From: Styela clava | Lineage: Eukaryota | Direction: 5' to 3' | Assembly: GCF_964204865.1 (NCBI RefSeq) | Contig: NC_135264.1 | Span: forward strand, 15,252,001 to 15,316,000 | DNA: 64,000 bases | Shown here: positions 37,440-50,370 of the stretch, one piece after another | Position numbering within the stretch: the stretch's first letter is position 1 | Layout of the letters: the number at the start of each line of letters is the position of its first letter | The notes under the pieces: generated by a model | Seen by the model: the letters and a program-made list of their open reading frames with translations, nothing else | What the model was told of the DNA's origin: nothing | The model's database searches: none | Translations under genes and position numbers: made by a program

Positions 37440-38400
37440 CACCGTGCAAAGACAATACTGCCCCAAGGCGCCTGTTTGTCTGCCCCACAAACACAACGAA
37501 TAACAGAAGCGAGCAAAACCGAGTTATAACGATGGTTACCAACCGTGCGATGACGATACTTCTACGCCAAAGCGCCTGTTTGTCTGTCCCATCAACACAT
37601 CGAATGACGAAAGCGAGCAAAACCGAGTTACAACGATGGGTATTGATTAACTGTGCAAGGGCGTAGCGATAATATAATATATATTTAATAGCAGTAATAT
37701 TTACCTATACGCTAAGGCAGTGGTCGTCAAACTTTTTGAGACGCGACCCCATTTCAAAAATTATGACGTATGATGGCTTGTGACGCTTAGGTATGGCAAA
37801 GAAAAAAATATTTCAAACCACTAAAAACTAATCACAGTAAAATCTCATTCCCAAAAACTCTATCACACGCTTTAGATTTCGTGTTATAATTTAATTATTG
37901 CCGTCAAACAATAGCCTTATTATAAAAGATATCACTGTAATTCAGAATACCCAAACTTGCTATGTAGTGCTAGTCAGCTCAGTTTAGAATGCACGCAATA
38001 GAATAATGAAAAATATAACAATAATACAACGCCGGACACTCGGCGACCCCCGAAATATTCAAGGCGACCCAACTTGGGGTCGCGACCCACACTTTGGTGA
38101 CCACTGCGCTAAGGCGTCTGTTTGCCTTACAAACACATCCAATAACGAAAGTGAGCAGAACCGGGTTACAACGATGGTTACCTGCGAAATGGCGATACTT
38201 CTTCGCCAAGGCGACTGTTTGTCTGCCACAAACACATCGAATGACGGAACCTAGCAGAATTGACTATATAACCAAGGTTACGCGCGAAATAACGATGCTT
38301 CTACGCCAAGGCGCCTGCTTGTCTGCCTTACAAACACATCCAATAACGAAAGCAAGCCCAGTCGAGTTTCAAAGATGGTTGCCCGTGCAATGGCGTTGCG
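37440..38400. repeat. About five degenerate ~100-105 bp tandem units
   Basis: ccaaggcgcctgtttgtctgcc..caaacacatc.aat.acgaaag at ~37462, 37567, 37710/38107, 38206 and 38306. Confidence 0.88.
37718..38106. mobile_element. hAT-like MITE inside the 100 bp array
   Basis: TIR cagtggtc..caaa; perfect 8 bp TSD cgctaagg. Confidence 0.88.
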
Positions 38401-38406
38401 ATTGAA

Positions 38407-38609
38407 GGTTCCATTACATTTGAACCCACGTACATTTGAACCCATGACAATTGCACCTGTATGCTATTGCACCTATGATATTTTTTTTGTTTTTCGGATA
38501 GTTGAACCCATACTAACCGTAACCCATGTGTTTTAGCACCCGCATATAGATTAAACCTGTGGATATACACATGGGTTCAAATGTACGTGGGTTCAACTGT
38601 ACGGTCACC
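38407..38609 (+). mobile_element. MITE family C
   Basis: Perfect 8 bp TSD cgattgaa. Confidence 0.85.
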
Positions 38610-38631
38610 CGATTGAAACATAAGATTTTTC

Positions 38632-38744
38632 GGGGCTCCGGAAGTATTTGTATCAAAATGGCGCACAACCTGAACATAGTATGGGTACCAGGTAGGGGTT
38701 GTTCAGGTTGTGCGTCATTTTGGTACGAATACTCCCGGAGCGCC
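38632..38744. mobile_element. Short Merlin-like MITE
   Basis: ggggctccggaagta...tactcccggagcgcc TIRs. Confidence 0.78.
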
Positions 38745-40305
38745 GATTATTTTTCTATATAAGCAACGCAGATAACAAATTTCGGGCTCAAATCCAGTGC
38801 TTACACCGCATTCAAGGTGTTGTAAATTGAGTTCACAATGCCGAATCGAAAAGATTCCGGTCCGGTCCAGAAAATAGCAGCTTCTCATTTATCGTTTGAT
38901 ATCATTTTTGGTATATTTTGTACAAAGCTCCACCAACCCCCTCCCTCATCGCACAGAAAAATAGTGATTATCTTTTAAGGTCAGGGTGAGGGCAAATAAT
39001 ATACCTTGGAATGATTGATTGACGCGCACGCTCCAGCTCCTATTTTTATTTAGTCATGCAAAAAACAATTCCGTGATATAAAGCAATAAAAAAATGATTT
39101 GAAAAAAAAAATGTAAATTGAATCATAGAAGTTGACGTACGGCCACGAAAGACTGGACGAGTGATATTATCTGCGGTACCTCAGTCTATGAGATGAAAGA
39201 ATGTGCTTTGAATATTTTTCTGTCCTTGTTGAAGACTGTAATGATAATTTCCATTCCCCCCAGGTTACACACCCGATGTTTTTGTGCCATGGTGAAAGAA
39301 TGGCGTGGGTGGTGTTGAGTTTGAACAAACTATCACAAAACAACATTTAACCTTTATATGTACATTGGAGAAAATTAGTCGAGAAAACATGTCGTCAACA
39401 AACGTCCTACGGCATATAGTTTACCTCGGACTGAAACGGGGGAATTACCGAAAATATATTGGTAACCGGGTAACAAAAAATCATGCGACTTACTCATTAT
39501 ACAGGCATCGCAGCTGAGTTGCTCATTTTTTTCTGGAAACAAAAATCATATAAAAGAAGAATACATGGCGTTGGAGATCATACGATGGTATGTAAGCATT
39601 ATCATTTATTGAGGTTCTATGTAAATAAAACAATTGTTGAATATACAAAATCGTTCATTGCTAAGCACTCGTCTTTCAGCATTTACTGTGCTATAATGCA
39701 ACATTAATTCTCGACACAAATATTCATCTAAAATTGCTTAAAGAAGATAATTTATTGATAATTTTTCACATGTAATTTAACTGCACGGCTGAGATAATTT
39801 ATGTCCACTGCATGCAGTTAGTTCACAGATTCTAAAACCTACTTTTGCCTTACTTACTCTAAATCTACCTTATTGTTAGCTAGTAATCTTTAGAGATGGG
39901 TCGCGAGACTTGACAAATTGTCAAAAGGGGGTACGGCTTAAAAAGTTTGTGAACCACTGATCTAAAATAATAATTGATAAATGGAATACCAATAAAAAAG
40001 AAAACTACTGTCGTGTATAAGAGAAAAACCTATTTGGTTCATCTTTTTCTTTTTTTCCGGGTTAAAAGTTCATTTTTCTCTTAGAAATAGAATGAAAAAT
40101 ATGTATTTTTGTTATATAAATATTTGAACTAGTCATGTGAACGTGTTTAACGACTTTACCTATCCAATGTTATCAATTTTTGTTCAAGTGCGTTGCAAGT
40201 TGCCCTCTCAGTCAATTGGAGTTTTAACGAGGCTGTTAACTATTTTATATCACAGACTGTCTGTTTGTTATTTTGTATTCATCGATATTATTGCTTTCAC
40301 GGCAT

Positions 40306-40491
40306 ATAGGGTGTCAATAAAGTTCCTTTACAATTTTAATTTTGGTATGAGGTCAGTTCTCAATATATCTTAACAACAAGTATTTAGTATTTTTAATTCA
40401 TTCAATACATCTGTGAGGGTCAACACAATGTGTGGTATCGATAAATTCCCTTTGAAATTTTGAAAATTCTCAAGACTCTATGGACACCTTA
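40306..40491. mobile_element. Tc1/mariner-type MITE
   Basis: tagggtgtcaataaag...ctctatggacacctta. Confidence 0.75.
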
Positions 40492-40646
40492 TATATTATG
40501 ATTGTGATGAACATTCGTTGAATTTGCATTGGGTAGAAATCGAAAATCTACAATTATAAATACCTTATGGTGGTGGCTTTTGAATTCGGTGTTGAGATTT
40601 GCATAATTTTATTAATTTGGTAACTTCAAATTTCATCTTTTTTCAG

Positions 40647-40785
40647 AGAATGCTCACTGATTATATGTCTTATGTGCGAATACCCAGACCAGCGCCTAAT
40701 GTTCAACTTCTGACAAGATTCTCAGCAATGGTATCGATCGATTTTTTGGGCCTTCACTTCAAACACGGAACCGAATGAAATAAAA
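40647..40785 (+). other. Candidate orphan exon
   Basis: Strong ttcatctttttttcag| acceptor and |gtaagt donor, but no frame is open throughout. Confidence 0.3.
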
Positions 40786-43700
40786 GTAAGTGTATAAGGA
40801 ACTAGAAAATTAAACTTTGTGCTTTCGCCTATATCGAATTTACCAGAATCGAATTAGAGTAGTGTTTCCGAAAGAAGGCTTTCGGTTCATGAAAGTTTGC
40901 AAATGCAGGATTTTGCTTATTAGTAACTAACGATAGACAGTCGTCCCAACATTTATTTTGTTAAAAACCCTCCCCTTCACCCATTTTGAAACTCTTTATT
41001 CCTCCCTCACTATGCACTACTTTGTTTGTTCAATTTGAATGAGTCCTTAGGTATAGTGTTATGTGCAACTCGCCCACTGGATTCTCCCCGGTGTTGAAAC
41101 GAGAGACTACAGTAAGCCGGAAATCTTATTTGTTTTAGAAAATACCTGGTAACCAATCCATAATATGTCTATAATTAATGTTACCTGAACCCTATAATTG
41201 TTGCTTGGTTTCCGAAGTTTTCAGTGGATGATTAGGAAGTCTGGAATGTTGTAATTACTCATTAATTTAGTGGGAAGTCATATACGAATGTCTATCTTAC
41301 GTTAGTTTTGGGATATGCTGTGAAATTGGTAAAATTCAGGGGGTTTGTACGGGTTCTCTCAAACCCGTTCTTGGAATGTCGTAATATCAGCGAACCCGTT
41401 CTTGAAAATTCTCGATACTCAAGGAACCCGTTATTGTATTTCGCTTCGAACGTCAGACGACCGCAGCAAATAGGTAACTTGCACCCCAGATGACGACTAG
41501 GGTTATATTTGGCTTTTCAGACGTCACGTATTAGATTTACATAAAGTGTTTAATTTTAATGTAGCTTACGTAGTTACATACGTACATTTTCTGAAATGAG
41601 GAAACCTATTGTTAGTGAGTTCGGTATAAAAGAACAACAGTGCCTAAAATTTGGAATCTCATCACTTTTTGTCGCTAGATGGTTTTTTTTTTATTCCTAA
41701 TTTTTTTTTTGAATCCCTTGAGACTTTACATCGCTGTATTATTTTTTTCCCACGGGAACACGGTTTTAACCCGCCAAGTCGGAAATTATTTGACATCGGT
41801 AACGCGCGTACAGGTACAGTACGGTAAACTGTTTCGTTTTGGTCTTTGTGTCCTTATATATGAGCATTGCTTTATTTTTTCATGTAACTTGCTTCACATT
41901 CTCACGACATTTCTGTGGTCTCGAAATCTATGTGCAATACCAACATTCTTAGTTCATGACGCAAATGTTCGTTAAATCCATAACCTCAGGAATTTATAAT
42001 GAAATTGGTGTGACTATGGTGACATCGACACAATAATATAATTCCTTTTATGGGGAATACACCTATTGAAAGATTTATATATCGACGGCTCTTATACAAC
42101 TATGCTGTAAGGGTTAGACCAATGATTCTCAACCGCAGATCTCCACTATTCTTCCTGTGGCTCACATTTTCCTTCAAAAATCATTCCTAATAAAAAAAAT
42201 TATTGAAAATCAATTAGTGACTTAAAAATGAAGCGCAGTAGCTATTATGTTAGTACTTAAACTTTGTTCTGATGTCATAGTTTGTTTTAAAATACATACT
42301 TGAGTTTTGTTTTGTTACTATTTTAATTTGCGGTGATTTTTTGCGGCTCCTTGGAATAAACGTTAAGGTTTGGAATTTCGCTCGAACATTAAAAAAGGTT
42401 GAGAACCACCAAATCGAACAGTTATAGAGGACTGTGGCTGTGACTCGAACACGTGTGTTTGTCGCGGGGGTGTTACAATTTGTACGACAGACATTACCTC
42501 AGGGATTTCAAAACTACCCTTATTTTCAGGGGGGGGGGAACCATACGTTAATTTTTAACGTAAATAAAAATGTATTTGGATATTCAGAAGGTGGCTCATA
42601 TACCGGTGCAGATGATCAGTCGAATACCTCCTTCCCCTAAAATAAAAAGCTGGATGGAATAACGGCATTAGCTCCAGTTCATAAATTGTTAAGCTTCCCT
42701 CCGTTTCCCTAACAGTGTTTGATGGTGTCAGCTTCTATCTACTAAACTTTTTGTCACAAGGAAACCCTGTTAGTGATTGCTTGAATTTTTTTTTATCAAT
42801 ATTCACTTTTTGGTTTTTTATCTTGCTTTGAGTAAGCAAAATTGTTCGCGTGAATATTTTCGCGTTTTTTTGTTAAAAATTATACATCATACTTGTATAA
42901 ACTGGTACCTATTGTTTCACATAAAACGCAAATTAAATTCAGTTTTAACTGTACAGCAACGTAGTAAGCTTGTCTGATATTTACCAATAAGAGTTTTCCC
43001 TTGAATCATTTAAATACGAATAAAAGCGGTGACTTTCTTTTTTGTCTACATTCCAAGTAATTGATCTTAATTGGCGATTTCTTTGATGTTGTAATTCTTT
43101 TATGTTCAAACGTTCATTCCACAGTTAATTAGTTGTACGTGAAAGTTTAAAAAAATCAGTAAACTAAGGTATATTTCAAGGTAACGTAAATTGCATGATA
43201 AGCCATTTATTGAAGACTAGAAAGTAACTCGATCCATATGAATAAAACGACTTCAACCGTGCCTAACTACCAGTGAGATTCAACTCAGTGATATATGAGG
43301 TGTCCATATCGTCTTGAAAAATTTTGGCCCTCTCAGATGTAATACTTAAACAATTACTGATTAAAAAAACAACAAACCTGGTTAAGTTATATAGACTATG
43401 GAGAACTGACTTCATAACAAAACTGAAATTGTGAAACGACTTTTTGGACACCCTTGTATCCTATAAAGTGAGTCATTTTAATGTAACTTGAGTAGGGGCA
43501 CTTTTATTTTCTGGAATTAGAAAACCTGTTATTAGTGAGTTTAATACAAAAGCGAAGCCGTTTTTGAAAATTAGAATCTCATCACTGGGAGTAGCGCGTC
43601 TTGTATAGCAGCCCTAATAATTAAACCTGATGTCAAATATGGCATCCCTCTAGTCTATGGATTACAATTATGGCCATATAGCTATACCTGCATCTAAATG

Positions 43701-43961
43701 TGTTTTTCCTGACATACAGAGCGTATTTGACACATGGGTGACTCGGACTGAACTAAACGCCAGTTAGACATCAGTGAGATTTAACTGAGTGATCGACTCG
43801 ACTTCTGATGACCTGTCACTCAACTTACTCGTGACTCGGGGTTTGAGGACTTGAGTATTTACTAATCACCTCTTCCTTACATCGTAGAGCAGGGTACAGG
43901 GCGAAGTATAGAATTTGTGTAAGCAATCATAGTGTGTGAACACTCTGGTTTTTGTAAAAAC

Positions 43962-44255
43962 ATAGAAACTCAAAGCATCATTTGCTGTGAACGTGTAATC
44001 GCGCTCCAAAATAGCTTCTGTCTTCAATTTGAAGAACCAAGCTTTGTTACTTCAAAGCATGGGAACCTTGACTAGGCAACCACCTGCACGTTGTGCTTAA
44101 ATTTAAAATAGTTTAAATACATTTTGAATGACGTCTTATGTCAACAGTCAAACGCAGATGAATCTGCAACACTGATGGAATATCAATATAGTTTATTGAT
44201 GGCTAACTTTAAACAAATCCGACAAGTCGTGATGCAGGGACGAACAAATTCAGCA
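43962..44255 (+). pseudogene. Decayed coding exon, unidentified
   Basis: About 98 codons with two stops (…FKYILNDVLCQQSNADESATLMEYQYSLLMANFKQIRQVVMQGRTNSA) ending at ca|gtgagt. Confidence 0.3.
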
Positions 44256-44990
44256 GTGAGTCTGCAAGAAAATGTAAATAAGTTACCTTGAGTTTACACA
44301 AATGTTGCCTGATATTGCGCAGTCAACAGGTCAATCAATATATTTGTATCATTTCTCTAACTTAATGCTATGTGGGGCTATTTATGGCATCTTGTTTAGA
44401 TATGGTCTTGCAACCTATCCGATCGGCTATGGGCCGCTTTTATTATTTAAAGTAAATATACGACTTCCGAAAATAGTTCATTTACAAATATTTACTCGGT
44501 GAAAGGTCACATGAAGCCAAACTCAACAGTTTTAAAAATTGATTTTTGTATACGGAACTATAGCGCATAACAGAGAAGTTCATACTTTATACTTATTTAT
44601 ATTTTTGTGGTTGCGTTTGTGAATTATTTAAAACTGCGCTTTTGGGTGATTGATTCTGTCCCACTTCATTTTCGAGAACCCGTCCTTTGCTCTCTTGATT
44701 CTGTAATCAGTTTTATTTATTTGTTTTTATCAAATATTTTATCATCTGTTATGCTGATTATGGAGTTGGAATAACCTTATACTTATATATTTATACTTCT
44801 CACTCATACTTCTTATACTGTTCAGTTGTTCATTGTTCCAGTCAAATTTTTTCCTCCATACAATATTGATCGCCAAAAATACCCGCTTGTGCTCTGGCGT
44901 TTCAAAATGATTCCAATCTTTATATAAATTATTAAAGATCAATCAGCTGCCGTGTAGCGAGACTAACTATAATCTATCTTTCCTCTATGC

Positions 44991-45300
44991 CATGGGTGTC
45001 CAACAGGCGGCTCGCGGGCCACAACCCTGGCTACTAAGCCCTTTAGTGTGACCTTGTCTACAATCAGATTTTCCCCATCAAGCATAAAAATCTAATTCGA
45101 CATTTTATATTTAAAAAGTTGCTGACATGGGTAAAAATGCGTAATGACTTTTTCACTCGTCGCTGCGTTTTGCCGTTTCTCATGGTGCCTTTATTACTGT
45201 AAGGCTAAGCGATAGCCGCATTCTCTTCTATTTCTGTGGCCCAGATAGATGTTTGGAGTTAGTTATATGGTCCACCGATAAATAATGTTGCACACCCTTG
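44991..45300. mobile_element. hAT-like MITE nested in a family E repeat
   Basis: TIR ca.gggtgt.caaca; TSD ctctatgc/ctctattc. Confidence 0.78.
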
Positions 45301-48300
45301 CTCTATTCCTTTTGTGATCTAGTGGGATCCGATGTTTATTATGCAAGGATGCTGTAGCAAGAATGAAGATGACTACTATTCTATTTAATTCAAGAACCTT
45401 GCTCCAGGCTAAAACACATGTATTCTGTCAGATGAAACGTTAGAAAAATATATTTGTGTAAGTGTGGACTAAGAGTCATGAATCAAATAGAATTACTAGA
45501 ATGTATTCGTCAAACAGAGGTTGGTTGTGTGGAGAAAAGACTTGTAACCGATCAAGTAAATCCTAGATAGTGGTGCAATCAAAGTATTCAGTAAACACCC
45601 CCCTCATAGATTCTGTGAACGCGAAGTCACGCTAAATTTAGAAATGATTTTGAAGTCGCGTCTGGAAATTAGGAAATGTCAATTGCGACAGTCTACGCCA
45701 TTCACATAGTTTTGGCAGGGGCTTATTGTTTTCTACTTTTGCTTTTGTAACACTGTAAATTTTATTCATAAAATGTAATTTTTACATCACACTTACATGG
45801 CCCGCCAGTCTAGGTGGGCTAAAATTTTGACCCCTGGTTCAAAAACCTTGCCCACCCCTGGTTTAGAGCAATGGTTCTCAACCTTTTTCTAAAAATCCTC
45901 CCTTTGCCTATATTGGAACTCTTTATTTTCTCCTTATCATGCAAAAAAGAACCTTGTTCATTTAATTTTCAATTGATTCTTGGCTATTGTTATGCGCAAG
46001 TCGCTATCCCGCATTTGTACAGTTTAAGCATATTATACTATGCAATTCAGGAGCCATGCTGCACACTAACACAAATGTATTTCTGTAACGTTTCGTCTGA
46101 CCAAAGTCAGACTTCCTCAGACAAGTACAGTATACTGTATAGTGTTCATAAACAGTTAATATATTAATAATAATAAACTGAAGAAAATTAGTACAACAAC
46201 AGCAAAAACAAAGCAAATTTCTTGCCCAAAAACGACAAAATTCCATCCGATGTTGAATTACCCTTCGACTGTAAAACTTGGGATAAGAAGGTCGAACCTG
46301 AATGATATCCATAACCACTCTGGTAACTTGTACCTTTATCCCATAAAAATTAAAAAACTTTGTTAAACATTTGTTGTATGTTCATTTTTCAATCTCATCT
46401 AATCATCGGGTCTTGAAATGGCTGAGTATGACAAATCTGAATCCGGAGAGGCCATATTACATATAGGCGACCAGTAACTCTTTTACCGTGATGAAACCTA
46501 GAAAGGATCATTTTCAGAAAATTGTTCCAAATGTTCAAAGTTGATATCTCGATACTCGGCACTTGCTATGAAAGAAGTACTTTTTTATGGTACTTTCGTA
46601 ATGTGTGCACCAGGTTAGGGTTAAGCCATTATTTTATTCCGCTATTCTTTATTTTAGTTCTGTTACGAGTTCGGGACTGTCTGCGTTAGCCAAGTGAATA
46701 TAACTAGAGTTTACTTTTGACACTTTCCATGAAAAAGTACTTTTTATAATATCATTTTTTGATCAGTATTTGAATTTGATTGACAGTAAATGACTTGTAC
46801 AAATGTGTATCTCCATTCCTACGCTCCCATATATTCATATCAGTAACACTATTCTACGAAGGAAACCATTCAAATGGTGACGAAGACGTCATATAGACAT
46901 TTCCACTGCTAGCCTGCTGTCTATATGAAATTTGATCGAAATTATAGAAAAGACATAAATATTTGAATAACAAGGAGGTTTCATCTTCGTCTATAATTAA
47001 ATATTATTAAAGGATGTGAATATTCGGAGTTTCGCGTGGTAGACAATTATTTATTGTTTCACAAACAATATTGCCTATTACAGTCGCGGTAAACGTAGGC
47101 GGTAAATGCCGAGATATGATGAAATATCGCATAGAAAAAAAAAATAACAGTACCTATGAAACTTGGTAAATATACAGAAAGATCATAATACACACTCCAG
47201 TAGCTTATGGAATCTAAATCGTGAAAGAAATGCTCCATTAAATCCGGGTATGTATCACATATAATCCGAAAATCTTATACTGTGCGATTTGAAGTAAAAA
47301 TGTCCAAATGCTGATTCAAACCAATCATTTCCGCTTTTCCAAATGTCAAACGGTTGGGACGTTGATTCCCAAACTCACCTCCTTTCAGAAAATCTCGACA
47401 CTATCTGATTATACACATTAATATGATTGAGATACCTAATGATTAGTGAGTCCTGATTGATCGGACAGTTTTGTCAGAACTCCGGGTTTGCTTCGAATGC
47501 GGCGGAAGTGAACAAATCCCGAACGATAAGCATAGCCGCAATCAGTTTTATATTGAACTCACCGTGCCTGCAGTGTGTTTATGTTACACAAGTTAGACGC
47601 CCTAATGATACACGGTTGTGTTTAAGATAGGTAAACTGGCACATGTATTTCTACATATTTTAAACTTTATTAGAAATTTTGCCAGTTTTTTCCCCAGTTT
47701 TCCGAAACTTTCGCGTGTTCGTTGTTTTTTGTACGTTTTTTCGGGGAAATTAAAATAAACTTTATTATACTTTTACTAAATGGAGCACGCTTTGGTTTTC
47801 TATACAAGCTCCGCACGAATTAACAACCTTTTCTTTGTCAAAGTTCCATCAGACTAAATGTGGTTCATATTGTGGCTTCATATTGTCTGTGTAACATTAT
47901 AGCTTGAGTCCTACAGTCTAGTCATGGAGGAAATTACTCGGCTACAGCTGTAGACTCAGGACATCCTGTATCTATATATATATATATAGTTCCTTATCTC
48001 TTAGTATTCTGGTATTCATAATACCATACCACATAGCATACAATTAGATTGTTACGCATGAAACAAAACGTTGACTGGGTATTTTGCGCAACAATGAACA
48101 CCGGAAAAACCACATAGTGTCGTATCTACATAAAGTAGCGCCCATGACACGAAGTTTCAAACTGAACCCCTTTCATTATTGACTGACATTTTTTTAACAA
48201 CTGTTGGTAAATTGAGATACTTGTACGTTATTATTCAAGTAAAAATAATAGTTTCACTAATTGCCAATTCGAAATTATTTTAATTAAAATAATTACCGAC

Positions 48301-48533
48301 CCATATGGTCTCCATGGCACGAGGCTGCCATGTTCTATATATGCCACTGCAAGTACGGAAATTCGCATGAAAAGCTCATAACACATAATGGAACACCTAC
48401 AGTATCTATCTTGTGTTTGTATAACAACATGTTTTTGTATGTGTACCTCTGCTAGAAAGAGTTGAAAGATATTAATAATAATAATAAGTTTAGTAACAAT
48501 GTTTTACCAAAGTCCACTATATATAGACTAAGA

Positions 48534-49137
48534 CAGGGTGGTCCAAACCCAAGCCCGCGGGCCACATGTCCCGCGGCTTCATTATCTATGGCCCGCGTCG
48601 CCATTGAGGGAGGGTAAACGAAAAATCGAACAAAACCAAATTTGGTGATGTTTCGTCATAAAAATAACCAGAAAAATCTTTTGACATATTGTTACATCAC
48701 TAATGTTGACTAGTGTTATGGCTGGCTGAGGCAACCAGCGAAGTCGAATGTGCTTGACTCGTCTAAATTGTTATCTGGCTTTCTATCTTTTGGGTCGGGA
48801 ATATATGCTAGTGAAATAGGCTTCATAAATAACTGAAAATCAAATGAGGAATTTATCAGCTTAGGTTGGCTATGCCTGATAACCAAATATTAATGTTATG
48901 GCCGGACAATATAATTTCTGCTGATTGGTTTTTCGCAATCAGCCTAAACAGTATCATAAAAATGCTGCCTAATGCCTATATATCAGAAAGTTTAGTAATT
49001 ACCCTACTGTATCTCAAATTTGGTAAAATTCGGTATTCAATCAATCTGCAGTTATTTATAAGTTACACTCTTGTGGCCCGCGAACACATCAAAAATAATA
49101 GTGTGGCCCGCGAGGCCATCAACCTTGGACCACCCTG
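48534..49137. mobile_element. hAT-like non-autonomous element
   Basis: TIR cagggtggtccaa; perfect 8 bp TSD gactaaga; subterminal ggcccgcg repeats. Confidence 0.9.
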
Positions 49138-50189
49138 GACTAAGACCTCCTTTATAATACCCGTCTCATGGAAACATAAATACAATAAAATGGGTAGTGA
49201 TAAGCAGATTTTGTGTGAGTTGTTATAATAGTAATCATGTTTTACAAGGATGTAGCCTGCTATATACATAGACTTGTACTTCTTATATTTCTCTTGTCGC
49301 ATGGAAACATACATACGATAAATGTACGGACAATTGCTATTTGTGCATGTAGGCCTACCTGCTGGTAACTGAAACAATATTTTGATGTCTGTGTAACACT
49401 ATACAGCACTTGAAAGAGTTAGGCAATAATAGTGTGATGGAAAGTGTAATAGTGTTATAATAGAGTAATGGACGCATAAAGACAGTCAAGGAAGTAGTGA
49501 AGCAACCTTTGTGTGAGTTGTTGCCAAAAACTGATTGCTTGTTTCATGTTCAAATATTACATTGAAGCCGAAGTGTTTACCAGTCGCATTCTATCAAACG
49601 CATACGTTCACAAGAATTTAAAATTAAATCGATCCGTGCTGTCCCGATCTTCTCAACCTGGTTATTTCCCCTGGTTCGTTGAGACTATAATATCGACGCC
49701 CTTCAAACAGTATGTTAGAAACTGATAAGGTTATAGCTTAATTTCCACGTCAAGGTATGGAGCTTAATTTACCGCTTTTCAGTGTCCAGATTATGAATAC
49801 AAAGCGATGTGACATGTTTACCATGGCGCTTTGGAACTAACTGAAAATTGTAAGTAAGTTTTTGTATTTTCCATATATATATTTCTTACATTCTGTTTGA
49901 TTTATAGATTGATGGTACAGGTCTATCTTTCCTTGTCTCGATTAGTATTTCCTAACCATCGACCAACGGGGTCGTTTTTTGCCGGGCAGCGAGAAATTTG
50001 TTCTCATATTTTGTTATTTGCCGCCACCACTTGGATGCCAGCTGTAAAACAGAGAACGAAAAAGTTTGTTATGGAACAGCTCTATCTTCCCTGGCCTAGA
50101 TTAGCAGTTTCCAACCGAAATTTCGTCTCTCTTTGTTTTGTCTCAATAGCCTAAACATTCGAGAAAACCCATATTATCATAATTCGATT

Positions 50190-50370
50190 GTATCCCATTA
50201 TATCTAATCCAGGAGCAGGAAAAACCGATAAGACGACTGATTTATTAGAAAGTGCAATGGCCCCTCGTCCGGTTACCAGTCCATGTCGGGTAAAAGCCAA
50301 AGGATTATTCAACCAGTCACTTGTTTCAGTAAAGGAAGCCGTAGCGGATCATCGGTTATGTGAACCACCC
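50190..50370 (-). mobile_element. SINE 3' fragment
   Basis: ccgataagacgact, cctcgtccggttaccagtccatgtcgggt, gtgaaccaccc. Confidence 0.65.

Noticed and set aside
37440-38400. CRISPR-like or exon-intron tandem array
   Set aside because: Whole units are homologous with no unique spacers, the context is eukaryotic, and the apparent intron shows coding-type conservation with 33125-33192.
46200-46560. Possible further DD remnant (KLGIRRSNLNDIHNH...VLKWL)
   Set aside because: Too fragmentary, with no splice support or paralog alignment.
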